Position numbers and translations under genes: made by a program. 64,000 nt of DNA from the NCBI GenBank assembly GCA_000002435.2, contig CM018793.1; one strand, written 5' to 3'. The notes under the pieces were generated by a model that saw only the letters and a program-made list of their open reading frames with translations, searched no databases and was not told the DNA's origin. Below, one piece after another: positions 35,801-44,717 of the stretch. Source of the DNA: Giardia intestinalis (lineage: Eukaryota). The first letter of the stretch is position 1, and each line of letters begins with the position of its first letter.

Positions 35801-37924
35801 CGTCTTGTTGTACGTAACATAGTCCCCAGTGCAATTACACTGCCACGTTGTGTCCCGGCCAACAGTGCATTGATACATAAGGTTAGACTGAGGAATGCAG
35901 TAGTCTGGTGCATAGGGGCCAGCAAGTGTTTTGTCAAGCTTGCATGCATCAGTAACACACGCCTTCAAGTCGGGGTTCCACGTAGCATCTGGACCGCAGT
36001 CGCATTTATATCCTCCGCTTTTATCCTTCTTTTTGACACAGTCTCCCACACCGCCGCAGTAATTGTACCACATGTGACTATCGGGTTGGCCATCGTGACA
36101 GTCATTATGCATGCAGGTTTTATTGTGTTCTCCAAAGTGTACAAGGTGAAAGCCATTTGGACACTGAGTGCACGTTTCAGGTAGATCGGGTTTGTCGGAA
36201 GGTTTAGCGCACGTAGGCAAGTCATTAGCTGGCAGGTTTTCTGTTACATTCTCAAGGAATCCACAAAAGAACCTTCTCGTCTTGTCTATCTTACTGATAA
36301 ATACACATCCAGGCTTAGCGGAGAAGGTGCCGTTGTAGGCGGAGACATTCCCATCACTGGAGTCTTTAGGAACGCATGTGATGAACGGATTGCTAGGATC
36401 GCCGAAGGTAGTGTACTGACCATCTGGTCCGCAGACGCGTGAGTCAGCAGCACGTGCGGTGGGCGGTTGCGGCGTCGATATGATGCATTTTTTGGCGGTG
36501 CATACGCCATCTATCTCCTCTGCAGTGGTTGTATCACAAGTTTCGCACTTATTGCCTGTGTAGATAGGCGAACACTGGCAAGTCATCGTATCAGGAGCCT
36601 CAGCACTAACGACAATGCGTCCATGATCGCTGCAAACCGTGGCAGGGATATCCACCAGACTGCTCAAGATGCAGCGCCCTGGAGCGATGTAAGTATAGTC
36701 CTGATCACAAGTGCATTGTATATTTCGTAGATCGTCCGTCTTGCACGTGCCGTGTCCCGAGCAGACCTTCCCCAGCTCCTCGTCCATGCATGCAGGGGAC
36801 GTGCACTCTCCGCTGACGGCAATGAGCATGTCCGGGCAGCGGCAGTGGTACTCGCCATCGGACTTGACGCATGTTCCTCCGTTCTTGCATGATTCCTGGT
36901 TGTTTGAGGTGAGGCACCCCACTGGAACGCACTTGTCGCCTACCTGAGCGGATTTCCCAGGAGTGCAAGTATCACAGAGGTCGCCCGTGGCAAGCCCTCG
37001 GCAATCGCACTTATAGCCAGCCCCGTTGCGCACACAGGCGCCCACTCCACCACAGATCTCAGTAGCAGCGCTGTCTGTGCACGCGGAGTATGTGCAAAAC
37101 TTATCGACCTGGACTGCGTCTGGGTCGCAGGCGCACTTGGGGGCACCGTCGCCTTCTTCTATACATTTTCCAAAGCCCCCACAGACGACCGGGGACCCGT
37201 CGATTGTGGCCACGCACTCTGTCCTGACGCACTTGTGCCCAACGCGTGTGTAGCCAGCATTGCACTTGCAGCGGTAGTGATATGATTCGCGATCGAGGCC
37301 CACGTCGAGGGTGCACGTTCCCTGGCCTGAGCACACGACCCCATCCGAGTCCTGGCAGGCCCGCGCATTGCACGTAGGGAGGGCGTCAGACGAAGAGCTT
37401 TCCACAGCGATCGCGTTGGCGTCGTCGCACGACTGGCAGAGGCCCCCGCGATAGATCGGGTAGCAGTCGCACGCGTAGTCGTCAGCACTCAGCCCGGCCA
37501 GCCCGGGGTCCTTCAGGAGGCAGCGGCCGCGGCCGTTGCAGGGGGCCTTCGTTGCCTCCTGGTCTGAGTAATCGCCGGTGTTGAAGCAGCTCTTCGGCAG
37601 GCACTCGCCCTCGTAGGACACGAAGCCATCGGGGCAGGGGTCGCACGAGTACGCCCCCGCGTAATAGGTGCACTTGCTCGACCCTGTGCACTCCGTCCCG
37701 TTCACGAGGCAAGCGTAGTTGACGGCCCTGTCTGCGGGTGTCTGCCCACTGGTAGTTACCCTGCGGAACCCTGCACGGGGAGCATCGCACGCAGCCCCCG
37801 CCCAGCCCCGCCTGCACTGGCAGAAGTATGCTCCGTCCCCGTAGGCGCAGTCTCCGTTAACACATGCAGGTCCTGTCCCGCATGCACTGGCGAAGAATAC
37901 AGTAGCATACAGGAGAATCAGCAT
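32891..37924 (-). CDS. High cysteine membrane protein (HCMP; VSP-like CxxC-repeat type I membrane protein), 1677 aa
   Basis: N-terminal signal peptide (MLILLYATVFFASA), hundreds of CxxC / GxC motifs across ~1600 aa, a single C-terminal TM (AAIVVVVLLVLVAVAGFLVWWFVI) and a ~60-aa cytoplasmic tail that does not end in CRGKA. ATG confirmed at 37922-37924. Confidence 0.85.
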   Translation of the reverse strand: MLILLYATVFFASACGTGPACVNGDCAYGDGAYFCQCRRGWAGAACDAPRAGFRRVTTSGQTPADRAVNYACLVNGTECTGSSKCTYYAGAYSCDPCPDGFVSYEGECLPKSCFNTGDYSDQEATKAPCNGRGRCLLKDPGLAGLSADDYACDCYPIYRGGLCQSCDDANAIAVESSSSDALPTCNARACQDSDGVVCSGQGTCTLDVGLDRESYHYRCKCNAGYTRVGHKCVRTECVATIDGSPVVCGGFGKCIEEGDGAPKCACDPDAVQVDKFCTYSACTDSAATEICGGVGACVRNGAGYKCDCRGLATGDLCDTCTPGKSAQVGDKCVPVGCLTSNNQESCKNGGTCVKSDGEYHCRCPDMLIAVSGECTSPACMDEELGKVCSGHGTCKTDDLRNIQCTCDQDYTYIAPGRCILSSLVDIPATVCSDHGRIVVSAEAPDTMTCQCSPIYTGNKCETCDTTTAEEIDGVCTAKKCIISTPQPPTARAADSRVCGPDGQYTTFGDPSNPFITCVPKDSSDGNVSAYNGTFSAKPGCVFISKIDKTRRFFCGFLENVTENLPANDLPTCAKPSDKPDLPETCTQCPNGFHLVHFGEHNKTCMHNDCHDGQPDSHMWYNYCGGVGDCVKKKDKSGGYKCDCGPDATWNPDLKACVTDACKLDKTLAGPYAPDYCIPQSNLMYQCTVGRDTTWQCNCTGDYVTYNKTCISKSKNANPQTHRARGLCGGPGAGYIDSTGTCVCSNGFLKIGDMCYSYDCLPVGISDNIRNPDINVLVCSGKGVCAYNQLTGRYGCECESGLEAFGGYCTHPGCVGKVIHDSEVKYVECQVYDGYLGTCNKNSDNGSYSCKCRSSLKLINNICVHPSCVSYNDVYCGGDVLAGCVKSGNRYGCVCSEGYERGQLNSQCIPSKCIYRRLSDDPPIVCSGMGTCAEENSLLKDKKCRCNNNAKLVTLRDVNGELRSTCISDRCISSGAETDTPVICGGLGRCGPNGCECDRGTEPFEKTCVSPMCLINTTDSTGKVTRTICGGETVGECTKVGSEGNHLDYTCKCKQPQQPDNYAEVDGFCLPKQCIFKVPRLDGGAEVDTMCGGRHFGSCVINSTDPTKSYCECKRERYDVIKMEDGKCMKEVCRSATLPGGSDKNVECSGHGKCATNDKSHYSCKCDSEYGIFGEYLCIPNACVDSSTDTNKICGNVGTCSLESKTCKCPPAYTGAKCENCATNYKRHSDGACYLDNCPTDGCGVDGSTDIGSCQFGGSSFDCVCVNSSFVVDSASKKCRKSRCVWSDPYDQTEKTCYGMGTCNDNGEDTGACVCNPGTTLVGTNICVYSQCISDENGSKTVCKGRGVCIASLVAGQGMCQCSDQYRTDKKTGQCFVKECFGAHASISAEVCDGGGTCNENTKKCDCNSGFQNLPGQNGCVHSNCISSDQKLCSGFGACENNNGNYMCLCANYYTLVGRDCIPTRCLKDGKVCNGGGTCSGEGSSATCSCSQGWTLHGTLCYPSACVSGGTLCGGNGNCPLSTDSTCECKYGYESVLDQLCISSQCVQRGTDGTVTICGGNGRCVSENGVKPTCICDEGFSLTSDFVCGVPAPSNKSSGGTTAAIVVVVLLVLVAVAGFLVWWFVIRPRRGGPLRERAPRKPPGLPKPQLTHNSSLTASMYSTAPLLSGSRQSSMVQL

Positions 37925-38800
37925 ACAGTGATTTTAAAGATGGCCCTGGCTTACCATGTGTTAGTATGTTACAAACATAAGAAGGGTAATCCATAGGTTG
38001 GTCATTTGCGAATAAGAGTAGATTGCCTCTGAACTGTCCTCAGATGCTGCGTATAGCAGGATTAAATCGATACGTCACAAGGTTGAGCCTATTTTGGATT
38101 TTTCTTGAAACATTTGCTCTTTTCCATGGGGTGTTAGATCCATTTGACATGCATAACAGCGCGGGATTGCATGTGCAATACAGCGAGCTGCAAGTTCAGC
38201 AAGCTGATATTCTTTGGGCTGGAGAGCTCGAGTAAAGGTGGTAGTAGAGCCAAAACCCATCAGGCACCCATTAAACTGAGGAGCTGAACATACGATAGGT
38301 GGAGCACCGGTGCCCAGTCCCATGCATCTCAACTTAAGCGCGTTAGACAGAGCGATAGTGGAGACCAGCCTTCTCCGGTGCTTTCGTAAAACTACTATGC
38401 AGTGGTCTCCTGCTGAATCTACTACCGGTCATTTGAACGCTTTGTGCAAACTCTAGATCGACAGCGACGATCTATCGTTAGCCTTGACGTTCATAGATGA
38501 CGCATGACCACGAGATGTTAATGCACTTAGATTCCACGTGCTATCCTAGTAATGGAGACATGTGCCACTATCATCTACGATCGACCTCCACGCCGCCTTG
38601 TTTCTTGCTGCAGGCAAAGGACTTGGGTGTGATTTACTTGTCTGTAGTATCTACCACTGCGCGATGCTCCTCAGGCGGGGAGGCAGGCATGGCTCACCGT
38701 CCATGGTGATGTCATAGCAGCTTGCGCACGAGCATCAGCATTCCTTTGTCAGTGGTAAACGGCCACGAAAACGCAGACCCCGTGGGAGCTTCGGGGCTGT

Positions 38801-39265
38801 TCACAAAGGCTTTCCGCTCTCGATATGGTTGAGGATGCTGCGGCAGGTTCGCTCGACCATGGAGTAAACCAACTCAAAGCGGCCGCAGTAGTATGGGTCG
38901 GGGACATCTCCCCTTCCCTCCGGGTCATAGTCCCGGAACATCCGAACCTTGGACTGGTCGCGCCTCCCCACTTCCCGCATTATGTCTTGAAAGTTGCTTT
39001 TGTCCATGGCGAGGATGAGGTCAAAGTCGTCATAGTCCGACTTGCGCCAGTGCCTAGACTTCTTTGAAAAGGAGATGCCGAGATTGTCAGCTATGGCTTT
39101 CTGTGTGCCGTATTCCGTGGAGGTGTCTTCAGGATGCCCGAACATGCCACAGGAGTCCACCTGTACCTGGCTAGACAGGCCCGCCTTCCTCACTAGATGC
39201 TGCATGACCCCATGCGCCATGGGGGAGCGGCATATGTTCCCGAGGCACACAAAAAGGATCTTCAT
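38801..39265 (-). CDS. Low molecular weight protein tyrosine phosphatase (LMW-PTP)
   Basis: MKILFVCLGNICRSPMA P-loop signature (CLGNICRSP). C-terminal DPYY motif (VPDPYYCG). 154 aa. ATG confirmed. Confidence 0.85.
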   Translation of the reverse strand: MKILFVCLGNICRSPMAHGVMQHLVRKAGLSSQVQVDSCGMFGHPEDTSTEYGTQKAIADNLGISFSKKSRHWRKSDYDDFDLILAMDKSNFQDIMREVGRRDQSKVRMFRDYDPEGRGDVPDPYYCGRFELVYSMVERTCRSILNHIESGKPL

Positions 39266-39377
39266 GGTCTGCTTGGGGGGAAAGGGAAAATATCACACAA
39301 AGATGTGAATTTATCACACTTCAACAATGTAAATCAAATTGCATTTGGTGCTTAAAACCTTCGAGCCCCCGAGACAG

Positions 39378-39566
39378 ATGGCGAAGCTGAAGAACCACAC
39401 CTCCAAGAACCAGAACCGCAAGGACCACCGCAACGGCATCAAGAAGCCCAAGAAGTCGGCGTACACGTCACACAAAGGCATGTGTCCCAAGTACCTCAGA
39501 AACCTGAGGAGGTCTCGCGCCAATGACCCCCGCCAGTCTCTCCGTCCGAACCTCAACAAGGAGTAA
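39378..39566 (+). CDS. RPL29: 60S ribosomal protein eL29
   Basis: [26 protein letters not shown] matches the eL29 N-terminus ([24 protein letters not shown]). The ATG at 39378 follows the non-ATG track start at 39339. Confidence 0.85.
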   Translation: MAKLKNHTSKNQNRKDHRNGIKKPKKSAYTSHKGMCPKYLRNLRRSRANDPRQSLRPNLNKE

Positions 39567-39819
39567 ATAAGGGTGTAACTTGCTTCTTCATCAGTGCTTC
39601 TGGTCTCCAGTACAGGAGTGATCAGTGCAGGCCCTAGCTAGAGCCGGGGAGAAAGATCTAGGCTTCTGACGGGCTTCTCACCGGCCTCTTGAGAATCCAG
39701 AGGGCAGCGAAAAGCGCGCTGAATGCCGTGTGCTGAGGCTAAACTGAGAAGTGCGAGTGTTAGATGGCTTGTGAAATTTCCAGGTAGCGAAAAAATAAAA
39801 CTCTGTCCAGCAGCCTGCA

Positions 39820-41778
39820 ATGTCCAAGGACACGGTCTTTCCTATTGCCGTTTTGATAGACGACCTGAAGAATGAAGACGCAAATGCCAGGCTCAGTGCA
39901 GTCAAACGCATAGATCAGATAGCTGTTGCCTTGGGCCCGAAGCGTACGAGGGATGAGTTCATTCCGTTTCTCTGTGAATGCGTTGACGACGATGACGAGA
40001 TTCTTATCGAGCTGGCGCAGAAGCTGGGGAAGTTTGTGGACCCAGTGGGAGGGCCCAACTACGCTCCAACCCTTCTGAACCCTCTTCGTCTTCTGGCGTG
40101 TGCTGACTCAAAACTCGTCCGGGATGAGGCCATAGCCTCTGCAGTGCGGGTTGGAAGCAAGCTCACCGACAAAGACTTCGCAACATCATTCGTCCCCATG
40201 GTCGAGGCCCTTATCAAGGGCGAATGGTATAATCACAGAACTTCCGGAGTGGGGCTTGCTCACCTGGTGTTCAAGCGCTGCACAACGTCAACTATTCGCA
40301 ATGACCTCCTTGAGGCCATCCAGCGCTTGGCCCAGGACACGTTACCTATGGTCAGGCGAACCGTGGCCGAGTGCCTCTCTCAGATCGTCGAAGATGCAAC
40401 GGGGCAGGAGATAGCATCCTCCATTAAGACAGTTCATCAGCTTCTGGGAGATGACTCGCAAGATTCAGTGCGAGCGGTGAATATTGCTACTACTCCCTAT
40501 GTGATGGTGGCCCTCAATAAGCTGCTAATTAGCGGAAAAGATGTCTCGGAGAATGTCATTCAATCAATAAGGGACGAGCTCTATCGTAAGTTCCTTTCTG
40601 TCTTCTGCGTAGATGAGTCGTGGCGTGTTCGTCACGCGTGTGCAGATATCTTTATCAACGTCCTAGAAGGATATCTAGGCTATACGACCGTCTTCGAAAA
40701 GCCTGCTGCCGCGAGAGCATCGACGACTGATGTGCCAGACTGCAACGAAGCCATAGATCTCATTTCTGACAATAAGCCCAACACTCTCGACACTCTGAAA
40801 GAAGCCAGTTTGAAGATCCTTAACAGTAAGCCGTCTGCGCCTGCAGGAAGCAACTACGACGCCGCAAACGTCGTGAGGGCCTTTGCAAAGCTTCTCTCCG
40901 ACGAAGAGCCAGAGGTCCGCTGCATCGCAATTCAGAGGGTTGTGCGCGTTGCCAGCCGCATCAGCCCGGCAAATATCCTTGCCTATCTCTTACCGGTTCT
41001 TACGGACCGCGCGTCCAACGATAACAGCATCTTTGTACGCTCTGCTTTGGCGAGAAACGTCGTCGGTCTCGCGCAATTTATTGGAAAGGATGACTCCATC
41101 AAGACAATTAAACCGATCATAGCAAAGCTTCTCGAGGATCGAGATCCCGACGTGCGTGTAACCACACTTCTTAGCCTGCCGCACATCATCGAGGTCACGG
41201 GCGTCCAGCCGTTCACTACCAACATCCTTCCCACGGTTGTCTTGTTAGCAGATGACAGCGACTGGCGCATTAGAAAGTCCGTGGTACAGGCCATCCCGGG
41301 GATAGCAAAAGACCTCGGTGTGGCCTTCTTCGATGAGAAACTCTCTGGTCTCTGCATGAATTGGCTTTCAGACACCGTTAACTACATCAGAAGGGCTGCG
41401 GTGCGCAATCTCGTTCAACTTTCGACTATCTTTGGGCAGGAATGGACGCTAAGAGTGCTCGTCCCCAAGATAGCAACTCTGAAGCAAAATTCAAACTATC
41501 TGCAGCGAATCAATGCACTCTTCTTCATCCAAGAGCTTGCGGCCGCTAGCAAGTCGAACATAGTGGCACAGCACCTAGTGCCCATTGCACTTCGCATGGC
41601 TACAGACCCCATCCCTAACGTCAGATTTATGGCAGCCGAAACACTGGGCAAGTGTGCCCCTTATGTGCCTGCGCAGTGTCGTGAGAGCCAGATGAAACCT
41701 TGCCTGATGAACCTGACGAGTGACGTCGACGTCGACGTCAAGGCCTTTGCAAAGGATGCTCTGAAGAGTTTACAGTAG
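39820..41778 (+). CDS. Protein phosphatase 2A regulatory subunit A (PR65 HEAT-repeat scaffold)
   Basis: Collinear with PR65: YPIAVLIDDLKNED...RLSAVKRIDQIAVALGPKRTRDEFIPFL... through ...KLSGLCMNWLSDTVNYIRRAAVRNLVQL...DVDVKAFAKDAL (PR65 has ...[28 protein letters not shown]...DQDVDVKYFAQEAL). Confidence 0.9.
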   Translation: MSKDTVFPIAVLIDDLKNEDANARLSAVKRIDQIAVALGPKRTRDEFIPFLCECVDDDDEILIELAQKLGKFVDPVGGPNYAPTLLNPLRLLACADSKLVRDEAIASAVRVGSKLTDKDFATSFVPMVEALIKGEWYNHRTSGVGLAHLVFKRCTTSTIRNDLLEAIQRLAQDTLPMVRRTVAECLSQIVEDATGQEIASSIKTVHQLLGDDSQDSVRAVNIATTPYVMVALNKLLISGKDVSENVIQSIRDELYRKFLSVFCVDESWRVRHACADIFINVLEGYLGYTTVFEKPAAARASTTDVPDCNEAIDLISDNKPNTLDTLKEASLKILNSKPSAPAGSNYDAANVVRAFAKLLSDEEPEVRCIAIQRVVRVASRISPANILAYLLPVLTDRASNDNSIFVRSALARNVVGLAQFIGKDDSIKTIKPIIAKLLEDRDPDVRVTTLLSLPHIIEVTGVQPFTTNILPTVVLLADDSDWRIRKSVVQAIPGIAKDLGVAFFDEKLSGLCMNWLSDTVNYIRRAAVRNLVQLSTIFGQEWTLRVLVPKIATLKQNSNYLQRINALFFIQELAAASKSNIVAQHLVPIALRMATDPIPNVRFMAAETLGKCAPYVPAQCRESQMKPCLMNLTSDVDVDVKAFAKDALKSLQ

Positions 41779-41915
41779 GAGCTGGATGCCCGTTGTCTGC
41801 AGCAGCCCTTACTTGCCTTGAGTATCTTATTGCTGCAGTCACCAGTTGCGGATAGTACACAAAGCGTAGTAAACCTTACCTCTTAGTGTTAGCGTTCGAC
41901 TATGCTTTGGCAGTG

Positions 41916-42524
41916 TTACTTGCAAAGGATCTTCCTCATAGCTTCAATGACGGTAGACGGAAGCTCGTTCATAGTGGAGACCTCGGCTACTTGTAAAGAG
42001 GCAGGGATGGCAACGTCCTCTGGGTCTATGTTCTGATTTGTGGAAATGAGGCTGGAGACATGGCTAAGAACTTCATGTCCGGCAATACCCATGGCGAGTA
42101 TTAGAAGCAGCTTCAGAGTAGACTGGTGGGTCTCCATCAAGGTCACAATGTTAGCGCTGTCACAACCTTTGGTTGCTATGTAGACAATAATTGCTGGAGG
42201 CGAAGCAAGCGCCTCTGAAGAGCAGCACCGCTGATCGGATGGGATATCGCAAAGACGCAGCAGTCTGCCTGGAAGAGAATCGATACACCCAGTATAAATA
42301 GCTCCGTCGACCGTCTTGACAGTATCAAAGGAGGCTGGTGACTCTGTCGGAGAAATGAGGGAATAGTAGAGTTTCGTTTTCCCGGAGTGGGCGTCCCCGC
42401 AGAGGTATACTGTGGTGATCTTGGATCCTGGCCCGGATATGCGTGAAATCCTCCACAAGATTATAGACAACAAGACCGTCAAGCCAATGGCGAGAACAGA
42501 GGCAATGGCCAGATGTTTGCTCAT
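41916..42524 (-). CDS. Arf-family GTPase with N-terminal TM anchor, signal recognition particle receptor beta (SR-beta)-like
   Basis: N-terminal hydrophobic helix (LAIASVLAIGLTVLLSIILW), then G1 (LCGDAHSGKTKL), DxLPG (IDSLPGR) and TKxCD motifs, matching SR-beta architecture. Confidence 0.5.
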   Translation of the reverse strand: MSKHLAIASVLAIGLTVLLSIILWRISRISGPGSKITTVYLCGDAHSGKTKLYYSLISPTESPASFDTVKTVDGAIYTGCIDSLPGRLLRLCDIPSDQRCCSSEALASPPAIIVYIATKGCDSANIVTLMETHQSTLKLLLILAMGIAGHEVLSHVSSLISTNQNIDPEDVAIPASLQVAEVSTMNELPSTVIEAMRKILCK

Positions 42525-43265
42525 GGGCGTCTGGTCGACCTATGCTGTCGCTTGCCTTTTTTTGCGCTAAAGTGTTCTGGATGGACATCAATAGGTTTCA
42601 ATACAGTGGCTGCGATTGAGCTAGCCGAAAGGTCACTAAAAGGGAGACGTGAGAAAGTGCTGAAGGTAATCGGTAGCCTGCCATAAAGCCGCCAAAGAAA
42701 AAAAATCCAGAGATGGCGTATGTTTCATTGCTCGTTCCACCCGACGTCTAACACGCAGAAAGACAGAGAAGCACGCTCCCGTTGCACGCATCTCCCCCAA
42801 GAGCGTCTTTCGCGCGTCCTTTATCTTTATCGGCATAGTGCTTTCATTGCACTTTGCAACGGCACTTGTAACGAAAAAGTAAATCGAGGCTGCTAAAACA
42901 CAGGGCTGCACAGCATCCTTGCACCTGCGTAGCCGATAGGTACGGGTGACCGTTTATCCCGGGCTCGTGTGGGCCCGGGTAGGCACGGTCAAAGAGTTTC
43001 CTTCATTCAATTTTTAGATCCATCTGGCGCACGTTACGAGGCCTGGCTCCCGGTCCGGCCCTACCTTGCGTGCGCATATCTCCGGGATCTGCGCCGCGTC
43101 TGCTCGCGGCGATTTCGGTTATGCCGGCCCGAACACTCCTTCATTCAACAGGCCCGGAAGAGCGACTTCACCCGAACAGCGGCTGACCAGATACAAAGCA
43201 GGATGGGGTATTTACACCATAATCTACACAGACGATCCATTAGTGAGCAAACTCCTGGGGCGAGC

Positions 43266-44369
43266 CTATGGAGAGATGGTTCGGAGGCCGGAGGGGCTGA
43301 CACCCCCTACTCTTCCTGGGGTAGAAACTGTCTGTGAAGCACCGAGATTCATCCTCCCAGTGCGGCTGCCAAGGTTCGTTCTTGACGCTGCGCCGGGAGA
43401 AGCCTTCGAGACACGCATCCTCTCAACGGTGGATGTGGACGTCGGAATTCTTGCTCGAGACGTGGACCCTGCGCGGCTCGGGGTCATGGTTGCAGAGCTT
43501 GGGATAACGCCTTGACAAAGGGTACAAGCTCTGCTACCGCTGCGACTAGTTGATCTGGACGAGGAGCGTGGGCCGGATTTAATGTATGACGTGAGAGGAC
43601 TCTTTGCCGTTTTAATGGTCTGCTTAAGCTGACTCGTGTGGTTCTTTGTGTCGTCAAGTGTCATCCTCTGCTTTGGATTCAGCGCGGTGAATATTTTGTT
43701 AGCCTCGTGGCGCTTCAACGCCTCGAAGTGTTTCTGTAGGGCCTCCAGATCTGCTGCCCACCTGGTCATAATGTCGACTTTTCCGGCCTCGATGCGCTGC
43801 TCTAACGAGTTCTTTCGAATCTCAAAGCGCTTGTGAATTGGCTCGCTTCCTTGCTGCTCTAGGAAATCTTGGAGCTTCTCATGTGCCTGGATCTCCTCGG
43901 CCTCCATGGCATCTGCCTCCCGCTTCAGAATAATGGCCTCCTCAAAGTGCCCCGTGCGACCGGCGGAGATCTGCTTTTCGCGGAGGTTCAGAAGTGCAGC
44001 AGAAAACTTGACTGGAGCGCGCTGGAACGCAGTCTCCCCGTTCTTCAGCTCATAGTTGTACTCTATTTCAAGCTCGTCACGTTTCGCGCGCGCTTTGTTC
44101 TCGAAAGCGAGGAGGCGCTCCTCCCACGTTCTATTAAATCTCTCTAGCTCGAGTTCGTACTGCTGTTCAATGCGACGGCACTCGTCATTGTACTGGGACT
44201 TCTGCATGTTTACCATATCTTCCTGCTGGCTCCTGGCTAGTTCGCCGATCTGGTCCCGCATTTTGGCCGCCAGCACGTAGTCCTGTGCATCAACGGCCTC
44301 CTGCATGCGCTGCTTGAGTGTTGCAATGGTGCTTGCGATGTTAGACGCCTCCAGACCAAAATCAGCCAT
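43266..44369 (-). CDS. Coiled-coil protein with UVR-like helix near the N-terminus and S/T/R-rich C-terminal tail, 367 aa
   Basis: ATG confirmed at 44367-44369 with an AT-rich upstream region. Heptad repeats. 'DYVLAAKMRDQI' resembles a UVR motif. The last ~100 codons run through GC-rich DNA, so the true stop is uncertain. Confidence 0.5.
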   Translation of the reverse strand: MADFGLEASNIASTIATLKQRMQEAVDAQDYVLAAKMRDQIGELARSQQEDMVNMQKSQYNDECRRIEQQYELELERFNRTWEERLLAFENKARAKRDELEIEYNYELKNGETAFQRAPVKFSAALLNLREKQISAGRTGHFEEAIILKREADAMEAEEIQAHEKLQDFLEQQGSEPIHKRFEIRKNSLEQRIEAGKVDIMTRWAADLEALQKHFEALKRHEANKIFTALNPKQRMTLDDTKNHTSQLKQTIKTAKSPLTSYIKSGPRSSSRSTSRSGSRACTLCQGVIPSSATMTPSRAGSTSRARIPTSTSTVERMRVSKASPGAASRTNLGSRTGRMNLGASQTVSTPGRVGGVSPSGLRTISP

Positions 44370-44717
44370 TTAAAATTCTAGGGTTAATTTTTTCAAATTT
44401 TTCCATTGCACTTTGGCCATAATATGCATTTTTATTTTGATTTTCAATTGTATTTTAGATGTACGCCTCTTAGATCGGAGGGATGGTATGCAGGGTTGTT
44501 TAGAAACCAGCTCGGCAAACTCAGAAAGAAATAGAGAAAAAGATCGGAGAACTTATAACCAGGGGCTGCCTCGGCGTTGACTCTATTACAAACAGATCGT
44601 GCTCGGCACCGCACATTCTACCCTCTTCTTTATCTAAACACTCTAGCCCTAAACGATGTTGTAGAGTAGTATTATAAGGTATAGTATTAACTTATCTGCG
44701 TTTAATAAATTTAGGTT

